A stretch of 63,990 bases of DNA, filler included, from Octopus bimaculoides (taxonomy: Eukaryota): assembly GCF_001194135.2 (NCBI RefSeq). It is 7 parts of 7 records of this genome, joined end to end, with 100 filler letters (N's around TTAATTAATTAA, not from the genome) between each part and the next. Parts side by side here need not be neighbours in the genome. Positions count along the whole stretch, not along the records: positions 1 to 21,476 come from NC_068989.1; positions 21,577 to 23,803 come from NC_068999.1; positions 23,904 to 46,585 come from NC_068984.1; 4 more parts are not named here. One strand, given 5' to 3'. Below, in pieces: positions 14,043 through 26,696 of the stretch; the first letter of the stretch is position 1; the number at the start of each line of letters is the position of its first letter. Made by a program: the position numbers and the translations under genes. A model generated the notes under the pieces. That model had not been told where the DNA came from. It ran no database searches and was given only the letters and a program-made list of their open reading frames with translations.

Positions 14043-15589
14043 GCGCACACACGCACGCACACACACACACACATACACACACACATACACACACACACAC
14101 AGAGTGCGACAGACATACAAACAGACAGGCAAGGAGACAGGCAGACATGTGCATGCATATATAAATCTACTCTTTGGTTCGATTTTAATAGTTTGTGATT
14201 CTGAGAGCAACGACACTTGAAGAAAGAAGTGAATTGATGATGATAAAAGTGTCAAATGGCCCCACAATGTATTTATTAACTGTTTGATAGTTAACCAGGA
14301 TAGCTACTCTCATTGTAAATTGCTCATTACTTATAAGAATATTCTGGAGTCAAATGTCAAAATGTGCACAGTAATTGCCTGTGCAAGGGAACAAATGAAT
14401 TTGAAGTTTGAAAGTAGTAAAATTGTGAATCCTGTCATAATGAAATTAATAAACACTAAAGCGTACACAGTTCTGACTGTGAACAAGTTAAACACAAAAA
14501 CAAATATCAACAGTCACAATAGCTGGCGACGAAGGCTCAATTTGCAATCGCACTCAAATTTGAAGTCAGAAAATATTGTTCAGAAATGGTAATAAAAAGG
14601 GAATTTCAGGGTTGTTTAGCACCTTACTGGTTCCTGATTGAGAAGATCAAAGGCTTCCAGTATCGATCATCACTTTCTCCTCTCCCAGATTATTTGCCCA
14701 CATCCACTTTGAAAATTGTTTTCATACTGTCGGCTGTGAATTGCGTGAAATTCTGTTGTTGTTGTTGTTGTTGTTGTTGTTTTAAGTGAGCGGCCACGTG
14801 GAGATGTCCTTGTTTCGTAAACTACAGAGTAATTCCACAAGATGTGTATGTACCCTGCAGTATATTTAATCAATAAAGTTAACCTCTAGACGTTGTTCAT
14901 TTCGAAGGAAAATATTTGTCAAAATTTGCACTATCATGACAAAAGATTGACAACATAACAAAAACAACGTTTGCACAAAGGTGTACACGAAATATAAATA
15001 TGGGAATGAATATGAATGAACATTTTAATGACTTTTAGACGTAACATAGAAAAGATGGCCAAACTTTAGCAACAATGGCATCAATGCCAGAGAAAATGGA
15101 CTCGCGTGTGAGGCCCTTTTTGTATCATTTAAAAATGAGAGGCTGGAAATTGGAAAGATACTTCATTACAGTTATCACAGAGAATTTGCGCCGTAGAGAT
15201 ACGGTCATTTTAAGTGAAGTTGGATTTAGATCGTGGTCGTCTTCGAAGCAGAAAACAGTCAAGTGTTAAATGGTCAGTAGAGATATCCACGTAGGGACGC
15301 GAAATTCTAAGTGTCCCATGTAGACACAAAACGTTATCAGAATTAGATTGTGCAGTGAGTGTTTACAAAGAAAAAACACTTAATACCTGATCATTCAGCA
15401 TAAATATAGCTCTGCCGCTACATACACGATAGCAAAGTCGTTTGAAGGCTTTCTGCCTACAAATGCAACTTAATCCAAAACAGAAAAGCATTTAAGATGA
15501 AATGTGAAAGGATTAAAGAATTAGAACCTGTTTAATTGACTAATCCTTGCCCGCAAAATCTCTAACGCTGTGCCCACGTTAGAAGCGCT

Positions 15590-15620
15590 CTTGTGCCTAT
15601 AGTAGAAAGGATTATTATCA
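15590..15620 (+). mobile_element. SINE A 3' tail remnant
   Basis: ctcttgtgcctatagtagaaaggattattat matches the tail of the SINE at 41584-41800 (ctctgtacctataatagaaaggaatattatt). Confidence 0.6.
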
Positions 15621-15649
15621 TTCAAATCTTTATCATTATCATTTCTCAT

Positions 15650-16950
15650 TATCACGGATTTTGTTGGCACTCCTGGAGTCTTGAATGCGTAACGAGCTTG
15701 CTACCTTCAGCCTACAGCACCATGTTATTCGTTCTTTTCAACTATCTAATACTTTCCTGGCTATTTTGGTCTTGTCAAGGAGGCCAATCTTTTGTAACAG
15801 TTCTACAGGGCACTCTTTTCCAATTACCTTTATATACCTCTTGATGACTTCTCATAGTGTTCTCAAGGACCCAACAACAATTGGCACTATCTTCATTTTT
15901 TTCCTTTTCCATAGCCGGGCTAATTCGTACTTAAAGGGTTGTATTTATCTATCTTTCCGCCTTACTTTTTAACTAGTTTTGTGTCAACATCATCTATATA
16001 GAATATGCGGTACATCTTGTCGACTGCCAATAGATACGATCTATTATGGTGTAGTACCTGATCTGTTTCGATTGGAAAATGCCAGCAGATTTTCCAAGTC
16101 TCAGACTCCACCAATATTTGTGGCTTGTGCTCCTAATACGTTATGCATCTCTCTAGCCCCCCACTTTTTGCATGGTTTCTAATATAGCACTTTCGCTACC
16201 TGATGGTGTCTAGAGCATTCGTTCGTGATATGGGCAATGATTTCATCCACTCTATTATAGATGTGACATAGCGGAGATACTTGCTCATTCCTAAGGTTGA
16301 CCCTCCAGCCCGTGGCCAAATCTTGGTCTTGCTCCGCCAGTATCATGCTCTGGGTCTCTTTATTCAGTGTTCTGCAGCCAGTCGCACCTATTTTTTCCAG
16401 CGACTTTTGTTGTGGCTATATGGAATTGATTCTGTAGTCCCTTCTTGCGTAATTCTTCTTCATGTCCGTTTTGGATTTCTTTCGTTGCTTTTCTTATTTT
16501 CTTTGCTTTCAATGCTCCCGGGTTCCTAACTGGCACTAGCAAGATTTCGTTACTTTGAGCTAGGTATCTCATTAAAATCTTCAGTTTGATACACAAGCAG
16601 TCTTCCACACTCATCTATCACACTCCTTTATTTGCTCTCTTCATGTATAGGCTATCAGTGTTTTCACGTGGATGATAGGCTCCATGAACCATTAGGATAT
16701 TTTTTTGACTTCCTAGCCATCTCCTTTTGCTCCCCCTCTGTCCACTTCAAGATTTCTGCGTTATACCAAACTACTGTGACTGCGCGAGAGTTTATTATGT
16801 TTATAGCATTCAGCTCTGAAGCCAATATTTCTCTCTCTTTTGTTCTCTGGTTTCCTCTTTTCCTTCATGACATTGTGTATAATTCCATCTGCCTCAAATA
16901 TTCCCAGGCATTTATAGTCGGATTTAGGTTGAATGGCCTTCATCATTGCA
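15650..16950 (-). mobile_element. R4/Dong-like LINE, 3' half (RT end, zinc-knuckle region, RLE domain, 3'UTR), decayed
   Basis: YKCLG at the 5' truncation, WKICWHFPIETDQVL, ELARLWK..KIVPIVVGSL and LLQKIGLL..KIARKVL*. Degenerate GATAAT tail at about 15610-15650. Confidence 0.85.

Positions 16951-17021
<71 letters not shown>
16951..17021 (+). repeat. (TAT)n microsatellite joining two tandem Dong-like LINEs
   Basis: About 70 bp pure ATT repeat lying between the 5' truncation of the 15650-16950 copy and the 3' end of the 17030-18345 copy. Confidence 0.95.
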
Positions 17022-17029
17022 CGTCGTCT

Positions 17030-18345
17030 GTCAAATTTGTTTCCATTTCTTGCCGAATGTCTTCTTAACACCTAGGGCAAAGTAACTCACTGCATACACT
17101 TGTAGATCATTAAAATAAACACAGCAGATTAGTCATTTACAAATCATGTGATAGAAAAAAATGGGAAGAAAGACAAAACGAAAGAAGGAAAAACGAAAAT
17201 AATGAAAAAAAAAAAATCAAAGAAAATAAAGGGGAAGAAGGAGAAAAAATTCACTGTGATAATGCTCATCTCAGTACATAGCAGTTAAGACAATTTTTTG
17301 CACTTCCTGCATGGATGGTAAACCAGGAACCATCATCAACTAATTTTAACCTCCTTTTATTGAACATTCCATGTGCTCCTACAATCACTGCTATTGTAAC
17401 CATCTTTTATTGATTTCAATCAGCACATCTTTATATTTTCTGAGCTTATGAAATTATTTTGCCGAGATATTATGATCACAAGCTATACTCATATCAATCA
17501 ATATACTGATTTTATTATTTCGTTCTTTCACAAGAATATCTGATTTATTAGTTTTGATGGTCCGGTCTGTTTATACTGGAAATCACAAAGCGATCGTTAC
17601 ATTTTCTCCCCCAGTTACAGCCTCAATGTGGTGCTTGTACCATTTATCAGCAGTTTTCATTTTATAATGCCGACATATTATCAAGTGTAGAGAGATATTA
17701 GCCAACTCTATCATGTCTTGATTCTTACTCTATAGGTGATAAAACATTACACCCAGAGATTAGGTAATCCACTCTTTCAATCTCATCGTTGCTGTATCAA
17801 CAGTTTCTGTCTACTCCAGTTTTCATTACAGTGGTTTGTTAGTTCCTGGTCAATAAGCTCTGATCTTCAGCAGCTGTAATAAAGCCTTCACCCGCTGCCT
17901 TTATTCCCGAGCTCCGAGGCCACTGATGGGTGTGCTTTTGATCTTGTTTGCTACGGGCTACATATTTAGCTTGCAGAGGTTTTTGTTCCCACCTGTCAGA
18001 CAATTGTTCAAACACTCTTTGCTTTGCCATTGATTTCACCTTCTTTGAAACAGCATTTGCTGTACTATCATCAAGCTGTTGAACCTGGGTATTATGCATG
18101 AAATCATTAGCAAATGTTTTGCTCTCCTTCATGATAGAATGAAACTTCTCACATCTCACGTGGTTTTTAACTACTTTTAGCATCCACTCATATGTTTCCA
18201 GATATTTGGTCAGTCCAGTGATGGTGGTTTTGTATGAAATTGCAAACTGGATCAAGTTTCGACCTTTTGGACTCTATGATGGTAAAGACGATATGCGTCT
18301 GCCTTTGAGTGCCGCATCTTGTTGCAAGTCACCAAACTATAAATT
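17030..18345 (-). mobile_element. R4/Dong-like LINE 3' part with 3'UTR, decayed
   Basis: TCNKMRHSKADAYRLY, WEQKPLQAKY, EGFITAAEDQSLLTRN and KLRKYKDVLIEI..VIVGAHGM. The 3'UTR (cctagggca..aactc, ccatttcttgccga) is shared with the copy at 37925. Confidence 0.85.
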
Positions 18346-18401
18346 TTCCTGTTAATCGCTGGACTTATGCCAAAATATGAAACCATTGCTAATAATATCT
18401 G

Positions 18402-18990
18402 TAGGCGCAGGAGTGGCTGTGTGGTAAGTAGCTCGCTTACCAACCACATGAGCTCAAAACAATTTGAAAATCCTACACGATTAGGTGAAAAGCGCTTTAT
18501 TTATTTTATAAAACATGTGACATTAATAAAAATCTGTAAATGTACAAACATACAAATTTCTGAGTACCTTAATTTTTTCTATAATACAATTTCTGTACAT
18601 TCACCTCCAAACCTTCCAATATATATATATATATANNNNNNNNNNNNNNNNNNNNNNNNNNNNNNNNNNNNNNNNNNNNNNNNNNNNNNNNNNNNNNNNN
18701 NNNNNNNNNNNNNNNNNNNNNNNNNNNNNNNNNNNNNNNNNNNNNNNNNNNNNNNNNNNNNNNNNNNNNNNNNNNNNNNNNNNNNNNNNNNNNNNNNNNN
18801 NNNNNNNNNNNNNNNNNNNNNNNNNNNNNNNNNNNNNNNNNNNNNNNNNNNNNNNNNNNNNNNNNNNNNNNNNNNNNNNNNNNCTAGGCTTACAAAGAAT
18901 AAGTCCTAGGGTCGATTTACTCGACTAAAGGCGGTGCTCCAGCATGTCCGCAGTCAAATGACTGAAACATATAAAAGAATAAAAGAAAAG
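18402..18990 (+). mobile_element. SINE family B fragments (head 18402-18455, tail 18884-18990) separated by unrelated DNA and a gap
   Basis: Head taggcgcaggagtggctgtgtggtaagtagctcgcttaccaaccacatg and tail aataagtcctagggtcgatttactcgactaaaggcggtgctccagcatg. Confidence 0.7.
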
Positions 18991-19621
18991 TATTAACGCG
19001 GTTTCAGTTTGAGACCTAAAATTAATGTAGTGCAATATTTGCAACATAAAATGTCAAAATTAGATTTTTAAAAAATGACAACATTTTCGAAAAATGTGGT
19101 ATCTCCAAGAGCGAAAGCTGATAATTCACAGTTATATGCACAGGACAAAATTTTCGAATGTAAAATGATCGCATTCCGAAAATTCTTTTCTATGGTAGTT
19201 GAGGGATTCCGCGGTAAAACTAAAAAGACACATACCTAGGTGTAAACAGAAGTTGAAACAATCCCTACAGCTTAATTTAAAATCTTGGGAAAGCTATTGC
19301 CTACATCGACCTGAGTGACGTAAAATATGTCATAATGAATGTAATCAATTTGAATTGAAGAAACAGAAATTTAAAAGAATTATATTTGGCAATCAACAGA
19401 CACATTTGTTCTATGCCAGCTGTTTTGATTATCGCATTCTTCCAAATTCAAATCCATCTCTGAAAAATTGTTCCTATTGTGGCTTCATTGCAAAATCCAT
19501 AGCTGAATTGAAACTAAACTCACATCAGTCGCAAATAGATGCAGTTTTTTTCGCATTTTTAACCTTTCGTTTTTTCAATACTTTCCATCAAACACTCATA
19601 CCTCGATATTTACGTGAGTGA

Positions 19622-19668
19622 CTATCATCATCATCATCGCAATCGTCATCATCGTCGTCGTCATCGTT

Positions 19669-19752
<84 letters not shown>

Positions 19753-19798
19753 TTGGTGGTGGTGGTGGTGGTGGTGGTAGTAGTAGTAGTATTAGTAT

Positions 19799-19846
<48 letters not shown>
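19622..19846 (+). repeat. Compound trinucleotide microsatellite (CAT/CGT)-(TAT)-(TAG)-(TGG)-(TAG)
   Basis: Read directly from the sequence. It explains the poly-T/poly-V/poly-S ORFs. Confidence 0.95.
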
Positions 19847-21427
19847 AGAGCAACAACTGAACTTGGGCTTGTGCTGTTGGTGATCCTAGATATCTAAGCT
19901 TCCTTCATTGACCCAAGCCCTAGACTTTTTTACGCCAAAGGTAATGAACCACTCATGTGTTCTTATACAGTATATACTATGTACACTTTTCGTCTCTCCC
20001 TTACCTTAGAGCCCGTGGTATGTTTTTCTGTATATGCCACACACCCAATTGTAAACTATCCTTTTAATCTTCCTCTCATCTACTACCACTGAGGCAGATA
20101 AAATCATTATTGTTCCTGTTGCTGCTTCTGTTGTTCTGTTGCTTTTGCTCTTTTGCTGCTATTGTTGTTGTTTTTGTTAATACATTTGTTGTTGCTTTCG
20201 TTTGAGTTCAAATTCTGATTTTCGAAATGAAAATGTGAACATACAAATTATAATTGTATTTTAATTTGTATAAACTTATTGTGAATGAACATTGAAAAGC
20301 CTTTTAATATGCTTCCTTTGTGTATGTCATTTGTTGTACTATTTTATTACGAACACACTTGATAGTTTTTATGTTTTTATTCTTTTGTAATTATCGATCA
20401 TTGAATGCTCTCTGTAACATCCTAAAGCAAATAGAAATACAATAGGTGCATTGTTTCAATGCCAACTGTTTTGATTATCGTATTCCTCCAAAGTCAAACC
20501 CATTTGAATGATTGAAATATGTTGTCAGTGATTTATTTTAATAATCTTATATATTGCTTAGTTTACTTGGTTTCCAATGTGTTTCACTGCATTAATATAT
20601 TTGCATTGATACACAACCGGAAAACTACAAAATATGATAATACATAACAGCATGTTATGGATGTTGTTCATTCTTGTAGTAGATGTCGAGTGCATAATTG
20701 GTTAAGGTGTAAGATTACTAAGTTCAGCTTTGTGAACGCTAGTACACTACAGAACGTTATTCAGTAACTGACATAGTACGAGCCTCAGAGTAAACATCAC
20801 TTTTCAGGAAACAGCATGCCTTTATATCCGAACTATGAGACGATTCCAAGGGTTACAAGGACAGACAGAAGTTACTTACATACAAATTTGTAAGCTGTCT
20901 TTTAAAAATTATACAAAATAATTTGCTAGTATAACAAAATATTACATTACTTCATTGTACCTATATCATTCCTTACGTTTTATGTAGATTCCAGAAAAAA
21001 AGCAATAGAATACAATTGATGATCAAACACTACCCTAGAAGACTTATTCTGGTGGAGTGCCTCAGCATGTCTTTCATTTTTATTTATATTTTACTTATTT
21101 CACTCATTAGATTACGGTCATACTCGGACACTGCCTTTGATGGTTTAGCTGAACAAATCAGGGTGATGCTCCAGCATGGCGGCAGTTAACTGACTGAAAT
21201 AATAAAAGAATAAAAGAATATATCGAATTAAATCCTTATTTTTTTTTCATCGTCTCTTTCTGCCGAACTGTTAGGAATGTAAGCAAACCAACACCAGTTG
21301 TGAAGTTGTCGTAGGGGAGAAGCGCAAGCACAAAGCGAACACACACACACATACACACATACACGAACACAGAGAAGCACACATACATACAAACGCACGC
21401 GCACATACGCTCGCACGCACGCACACA

Positions 21428-21466
<39 letters not shown>

Positions 21467-21476
21467 GTATATACGA

Positions 21477-21576
21477 NNNNNNNNNNNNNNNNNNNNNNNN
21501 NNNNNNNNNNNNNNNNNNNNTTAATTAATTAANNNNNNNNNNNNNNNNNNNNNNNNNNNNNNNNNNNNNNNNNNNN
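21477..21576. other. Artificial 100-bp unsized-gap marker (N44-TTAATTAATTAA-N44); the same marker occurs at 23804, 46586, 52813, 61548 and 62729
   Basis: The identical 12-mer, with stops in all six frames, is centred in a 100-bp gap six times. Confidence 0.97.
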
Positions 21577-22044
21577 ATATATATATATATATACACAAAC
21601 ATATACACATACACATATACACACATGTTCTTCGGCAATTCACTCATTTCTTCTCAAGCCTTCTCTGCTTCCTTCTTTCTTACTCTCGTTCGCTCGTTCG
21701 TTTATTAATTCATTCTCCGTAGATTGCTATGAGTCGGGGGGGGGAGGCAAAAAAGAACGAAAGCGGTAAAGAGGTAATAGTCAGCTTAGATTATGGTACT
21801 TGCGTTGCTAATAACTTATTGCCAGATGAGAAATCTGAATAACGATACATCTTTAACTCCGCATGTGTGTATGTGTATGCGTGTATGCGTGTGTAGGTGC
21901 GTTAGTGTGTCTCGGGAGCGGAGGCGGAGGAGGTTGTGGTGGTGGTTGTGAGGTGGGGGTTGAAAGGTGAAAGGTTTAGATGTACTGTTACAGATCTTTC
22001 AATTATTTTCTCTGCTGGTTCTATTTGTAGATCTGCTATTGTTG

Positions 22045-23500
22045 TGTTGTGTGGTGATGGATAGAGAGGAAGGAAGAGTGGAGAGGAAGGAGGAGAGAAG
22101 AGAAGAGAAAGGAGATAGGGAGACAAGGTGAGAGAGAGAGAGAGAGAGAGAGACGGAAGGAAAGGAGAAGAAGGATAGGAGAGAAGAGAAAGAAGAGAGG
22201 GAGAGCAAGAGTGGGGAGAGAAAGGTGAGGAAGAAAGACTGGAAGAAAGGAAAGAGAGAAGTATTGAAGGCGAGAAGAGGAGAAAAGGAGAGGAGGGAAA
22301 GGAGAAAATGAGCAAGAAGGTAAAGGAGAGAATGAGAGAAAAGAGGGGAGAGTAAATTGTGAGGAGAATCAGGAGGGAAGGAGAGAAAGAATGATATGAG
22401 AGAAAGGAAATAGAAGGTGGGGGTAGGAGGGAGATGATAACTGCAAGACAATGAGAAAGAAAGAGCGATAGAAAGAGGAGAGAATGGAGTTAAGGAGAGA
22501 TGTTGAGAAGGAGAAAGTGAAGGAGTGAAATAGATAAAGCAGGGAAAAAGGTAACGTACAGAATGAGAAAGGGAAGGGGAAATATAAGTATGGAATAATA
22601 AAAGAAAAAAAGGGAAGAAATGAAATGAAAGTAAGAATTAGAATGGAGACGGAAAGAAAAAGAGAAAGAGAAGAAAGATAACAAAGTCGAATGAATGAGA
22701 AGAAGGTAGAATAAAATAAAGTGGAAAGATAGAGCTAAGGCAATGAATGATTTCGGAGGGAGAGAAGAAGGAAAGAAATGGAAATTAGAGGAACGAAGAA
22801 TAGAAAAAGGAAGTTGAAAGGAAGGAAAAAAAGGAGAATGGAGAAAAGGAAGGAAAAGAAAAGTAAAGAATGAAAAAAAAAACGAAGAAAAGGAAAAACG
22901 TATGAATGAATGATTGAAGGAAATTGAAAAGATGAGAATTTTTTTATTTTATGAAAAGCAAAAAATAAAACACAAAAGAGAGAAAAATATAGATGAAAAA
23001 AAAAAGCAGTAAATAAAATAAAGTAAAATAAAAAAAAAGAGAGCATGAGATAAATAAATATAACATGAAAAAAAATTAAACGAAATTCGAAACAGAATGA
23101 AAAAGAAAACTGAAAAATTGTAAAAAGATTTAAAAATATAATACGACAATCACCTTTCACCCTCGCCATCACCAGCACCAGCATCATCAGAACAAAAACA
23201 GCAGCAGCAGCAGTAGCAGCAGCAACGACGACGACAACAATAACAACAACAACAACAGCGGCAACAATAGTAACGACAACATCAACAATAAGCATGCAAA
23301 TTACAATCAAGAGAAACGGGATGTAAAAAAGAAAAAGACAAAAACATTTATAAGAAAGAAATTGCGAAGGAAGGAAAACGTTTGAAGAATCGGAAGAAAC
23401 ACAACAACAATAACAACAATAAAAACAACAACGACAACAACGACGTCAACAACAAGAACAACAAGAATATTAACGTAGTCGACAGCTAGAGACAAAAGAG
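22045..23500 (+). repeat. Long purine-rich (GA/A-rich) low-complexity tract with AAC/CAG simple repeats
   Basis: Strong strand asymmetry. The minus-strand ORFs are F/S/L-rich artefacts. Confidence 0.85.
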
Positions 23501-23903
23501 AAAACATTAGGTGAGAGAAAAAAAAAAGAAAGCGAAAGTGAAAGTGAAAGTAGCGTATATATATATAACCGCCCGCTGCCGTCCCCCTGGTAATTGCTGT
23601 GGAAGGGATGTGGGGAGTGGAAGAAAGGGGATGATGAAGTGTAAAGGAGGCGGTGTCGGTGGTGTAAAAGAGGGGAGGTGTTAGAGAAGTGCAGTTAGGG
23701 TGGTGGCGATGGTGATGGTGGTGGTGGTGGTGGTGGTGGTGGTGTAAATGGAGAGGTGTCGGAAAAGAGTAGAGAGAGAGAGAGGGCGTTGGCAGTGCAA
23801 AGGNNNNNNNNNNNNNNNNNNNNNNNNNNNNNNNNNNNNNNNNNNNNTTAATTAATTAANNNNNNNNNNNNNNNNNNNNNNNNNNNNNNNNNNNNNNNNN
23901 NNN

Positions 23904-24082
23904 CCCCCCCCCCCAGCATCGCTTGACAACCGATGCTGGTGTGTTTACGTCCCCGCCATCTAGCGGTTCAGCAAGAGAGACCGATAGAATAAGTACTATG
24001 CTTACAAAGAATAATTCCTAGGGTCGATTTGCTCGACTAAAGGCGGTACTCCAGCATGGCCACAATCAAATGAATGAAACAA
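23904..24082 (+). mobile_element. SINE family B 3' half
   Basis: catcgcttgacaaccgatgctggtgtgtttacgtcccc...gtcgatttgctcgactaaaggcgg. Confidence 0.9.
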
Positions 24083-25098
24083 ATAAAAGCGGTTTTCTGC
24101 TAGTAACTTGATAATATTTTCAGATTTGATTCCCAATTCTAATAATTTACATATTTTACGTTTAATTATTTTTTGTATAATAGTGTTCATTTGCTTAATA
24201 AATATTGCTTTCATTATTTTATCACAGTCTTAATCTATCTCTTTAAAACAATCACGGTAGTCCAGCAACGGAGGGAGAAGCAATTTGTAAAGGTTTACCT
24301 CCCGCTCAAAGTAACATAGAGATTACAGTTCAGCAGCCCATCTGTAAGCTTTCCAGTATGTGTGTGCAAGAGAGAGATAGAGGAGGGGGAGAGAGCATTG
24401 CAAACAATGAATGAAATAAACATGAAATGAAAAAGTCGTATAAACAAAAGGGCTTACTACAGATGTATACGACCCCGACTTTGTTGCTTAATTAATATCC
24501 AGGAAAATGTATACTTTTTAATAAAGCTTTCTACAAATACCGCTTAGATGCTATGGCTTCAGAGTATGTAGGGATTTATGCGAAATAATTTTTCTGAGGG
24601 GGCGGAGAGAGTAGTTTTGGAAAACTCACACGATCTACTTTTTTTTCCTTCATAAATTTCAGGAAAATGGGTATATTTTAATGAAAATCTATACAAATCC
24701 CTTTCAAACGGCATAAATTACGATTATAAAGAAATTTGTAGGGAAAATTTGGTGGGGGGGGATTTTCCCCATTTTCTTAAAATCACAGCCTTCGAAATGA
24801 TGGGGTTGGCAGGGCATCTTTGTATGAAAAAAGTTTTGAAAACTCTTTTTTTGCAAACCCCCTCCTCCTTTATCACTGTGCTGCGGACCTACTCTGGTCA
24901 TTGTCTTTTTTTTTTATTCACTTCAAAACTCTGGGAAGAATATTTTCGGTAAAGCAAATTTAATTGTTAATATTTTCAGAGGGAAAAGTGAGTGATTTAA
25001 GGGCGATTTGACTGTTGGTTCTAGCACATCTAAAGACAACCTTCCTCGTTTCTTTATCACTCCCGAATGTATTGATGTTTTTTCAATATTTTCCCCCA

Positions 25099-25337
25099 AA
25101 GGACAGCGAGCTGGCAGAATCGGTAGCACGCCGGGCGAAATGCTTAGTGGTTTTTCGTCTGCCGTTACGTTCTGAGTTCAAATTCCGCCGAGGTCGACTT
25201 TGCCTTTCATCCTTTCGGGGTTGATTAAATAAGTACCAGTTATGCACTGGGTTCGATGTAATCGACTTAATCCCTTTGTCTGTTCATGTTTGTCCCCTCT
25301 ATGTTTAGCCCCCCACCTGTGGGCAATAAAGAAATAA
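25099..25337 (+). mobile_element. SINE family A, young copy with alternative tail and TSD-like flanks
   Basis: tRNA-like head gcgagctggcagaatcggtagcacgccggg with B-box gagttcaaatt. Flanks aatatttt-ccccc (25085-25097) and aatattt-cccccc (25337-25349). Confidence 0.92.
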
Positions 25338-26352
25338 ATATTTCCCCCCTTAAATACATGTATATGCTATAAAAGAAAAGAAAATTTGAGAAATTATGAA
25401 TTTTTAGCAACCTCACAGCCGGCCTCCAATTGTGTCTGTTTAGAAATTAGTATATTGGAGAGCTTGAGAAGGTCATTGCTGGCATTTATCCACAATGATT
25501 TTTGAAAATTGTGGAGATGTAATTGCATAGCCAGTGACCTGATCTGAGATCGTGTGCTGAAACAAAAACAATTGCTGTTCTAAAATTGACTGTTCTGCTT
25601 GTATTAGGAGGTGAACCGTTCGACCAATCCAATAAACCTTTTCTGTGACGTTAGCCTGAAGGAGTGTTGTATTATCTTTCTTTTTTTGCCAAGACTGCCA
25701 CCATCAACCACATAGGGTCGACTTGAGGTGGGACCCTTGGTATACGTATCTTTGACGTCCTCATTCCCATATATATTGGAATTAAAACAACGTTCTCCGT
25801 TTCTAACGGTTTAACTGAGTGCATGGATCTTTTCCTTTTGGCCGGCACATTTAAAAAAAAAATTGTAACTAAACACTTTCAAATTTCGTATAATAGTAGA
25901 ACGTGTCATTAAAAACATTATTTACTCTTGGCATTTTAAAGAAAATTCTTTATTTTCGAAGTTATTTCGTGTTAAAGTTGTCGTATTTCGGTAATTTCAA
26001 CCAATCAATGACGTCTATTGAGGTGAAAACAATTACTGCTGTGATTTGTCAACAAGACGTTCCGGTGATGTATATTTAGTTTGTCACTGTTATTATTGAT
26101 ATATTTACATTTGAGATACACGTGTGTATAGTTTAATCAATTCAGTTATTAATTTTTTAAAAAAAATTTCAGTTTATTTTGTTTTTGAAAATATTTTCGC
26201 TTTGTTTTAGCGTTTTCAAAATTGTCTATTTTGGGATCTTTTCCCTTGAATAAAATTACTGCCGTTGTTTGTCGACAACAACTATCGGCGGTATATATTT
26301 CGTTTGTCACTGTTATTTATGACATCGTTCGTGCGTTTGTACTGGTTCTAGC

Positions 26353-26560
26353 TTTGGGGTTCTGGGTTAGGATTAGGGTTCGGGTTTTAGAGTTAGGGTC
26401 AGGGTTAAGGTGTTAGGGTTACGGTTTTAGGGTTAGGGATAGGGTTTTAGAGTTAGAGTTAGGGTTGTATGGTTAGGTTATGGTTAGGGCTTTAGGGTTA
26501 GTGTTTTAAAGTTAGAGTTAGAGTTTTAGGGTCAGGGTTGGGATTTTAGGGTTAGAGTTA
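26353..26560 (+). repeat. Degenerate telomere-like array (TTAGGG mixed with TTTTAGGG)
   Basis: Many exact and variant TTAGGG/TTAGAG/TTTTAGGG units. Confidence 0.85.
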
Positions 26561-26650
26561 CGGAAAATGTGAAAAAGGAAGAAATTGGAGGGGGAGGGGA
26601 AGCAAAAATGTCTTTCCGAAAATAGTAGCTGAAAAATAGTAGCTGAAAAA

Positions 26651-26696
26651 ACCCTAACCTAACCCTAAAACCCTAACCCTAAAACCCTAACCCTAA
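26651..26696 (-). repeat. Inverted telomere-like array (CCCTAA/CCCTAAAA), running into a gap
   Basis: accctaacctaaccctaaaaccctaaccctaaaaccctaaccctaa, then N. Confidence 0.9.

Noticed and set aside
15661-15673. 13-bp match (ttgttggcactcc) between a LINE 3' end and the SINE tail at 51624
   Set aside because: Too short; matches of this length are expected by chance in 64 kb.
21521-21532. TTAATTAATTAA islands inside N runs (six occurrences)
   Set aside because: Always N44+12+N44 = 100 bp with stops in all frames. This is an assembler linker, not biology.
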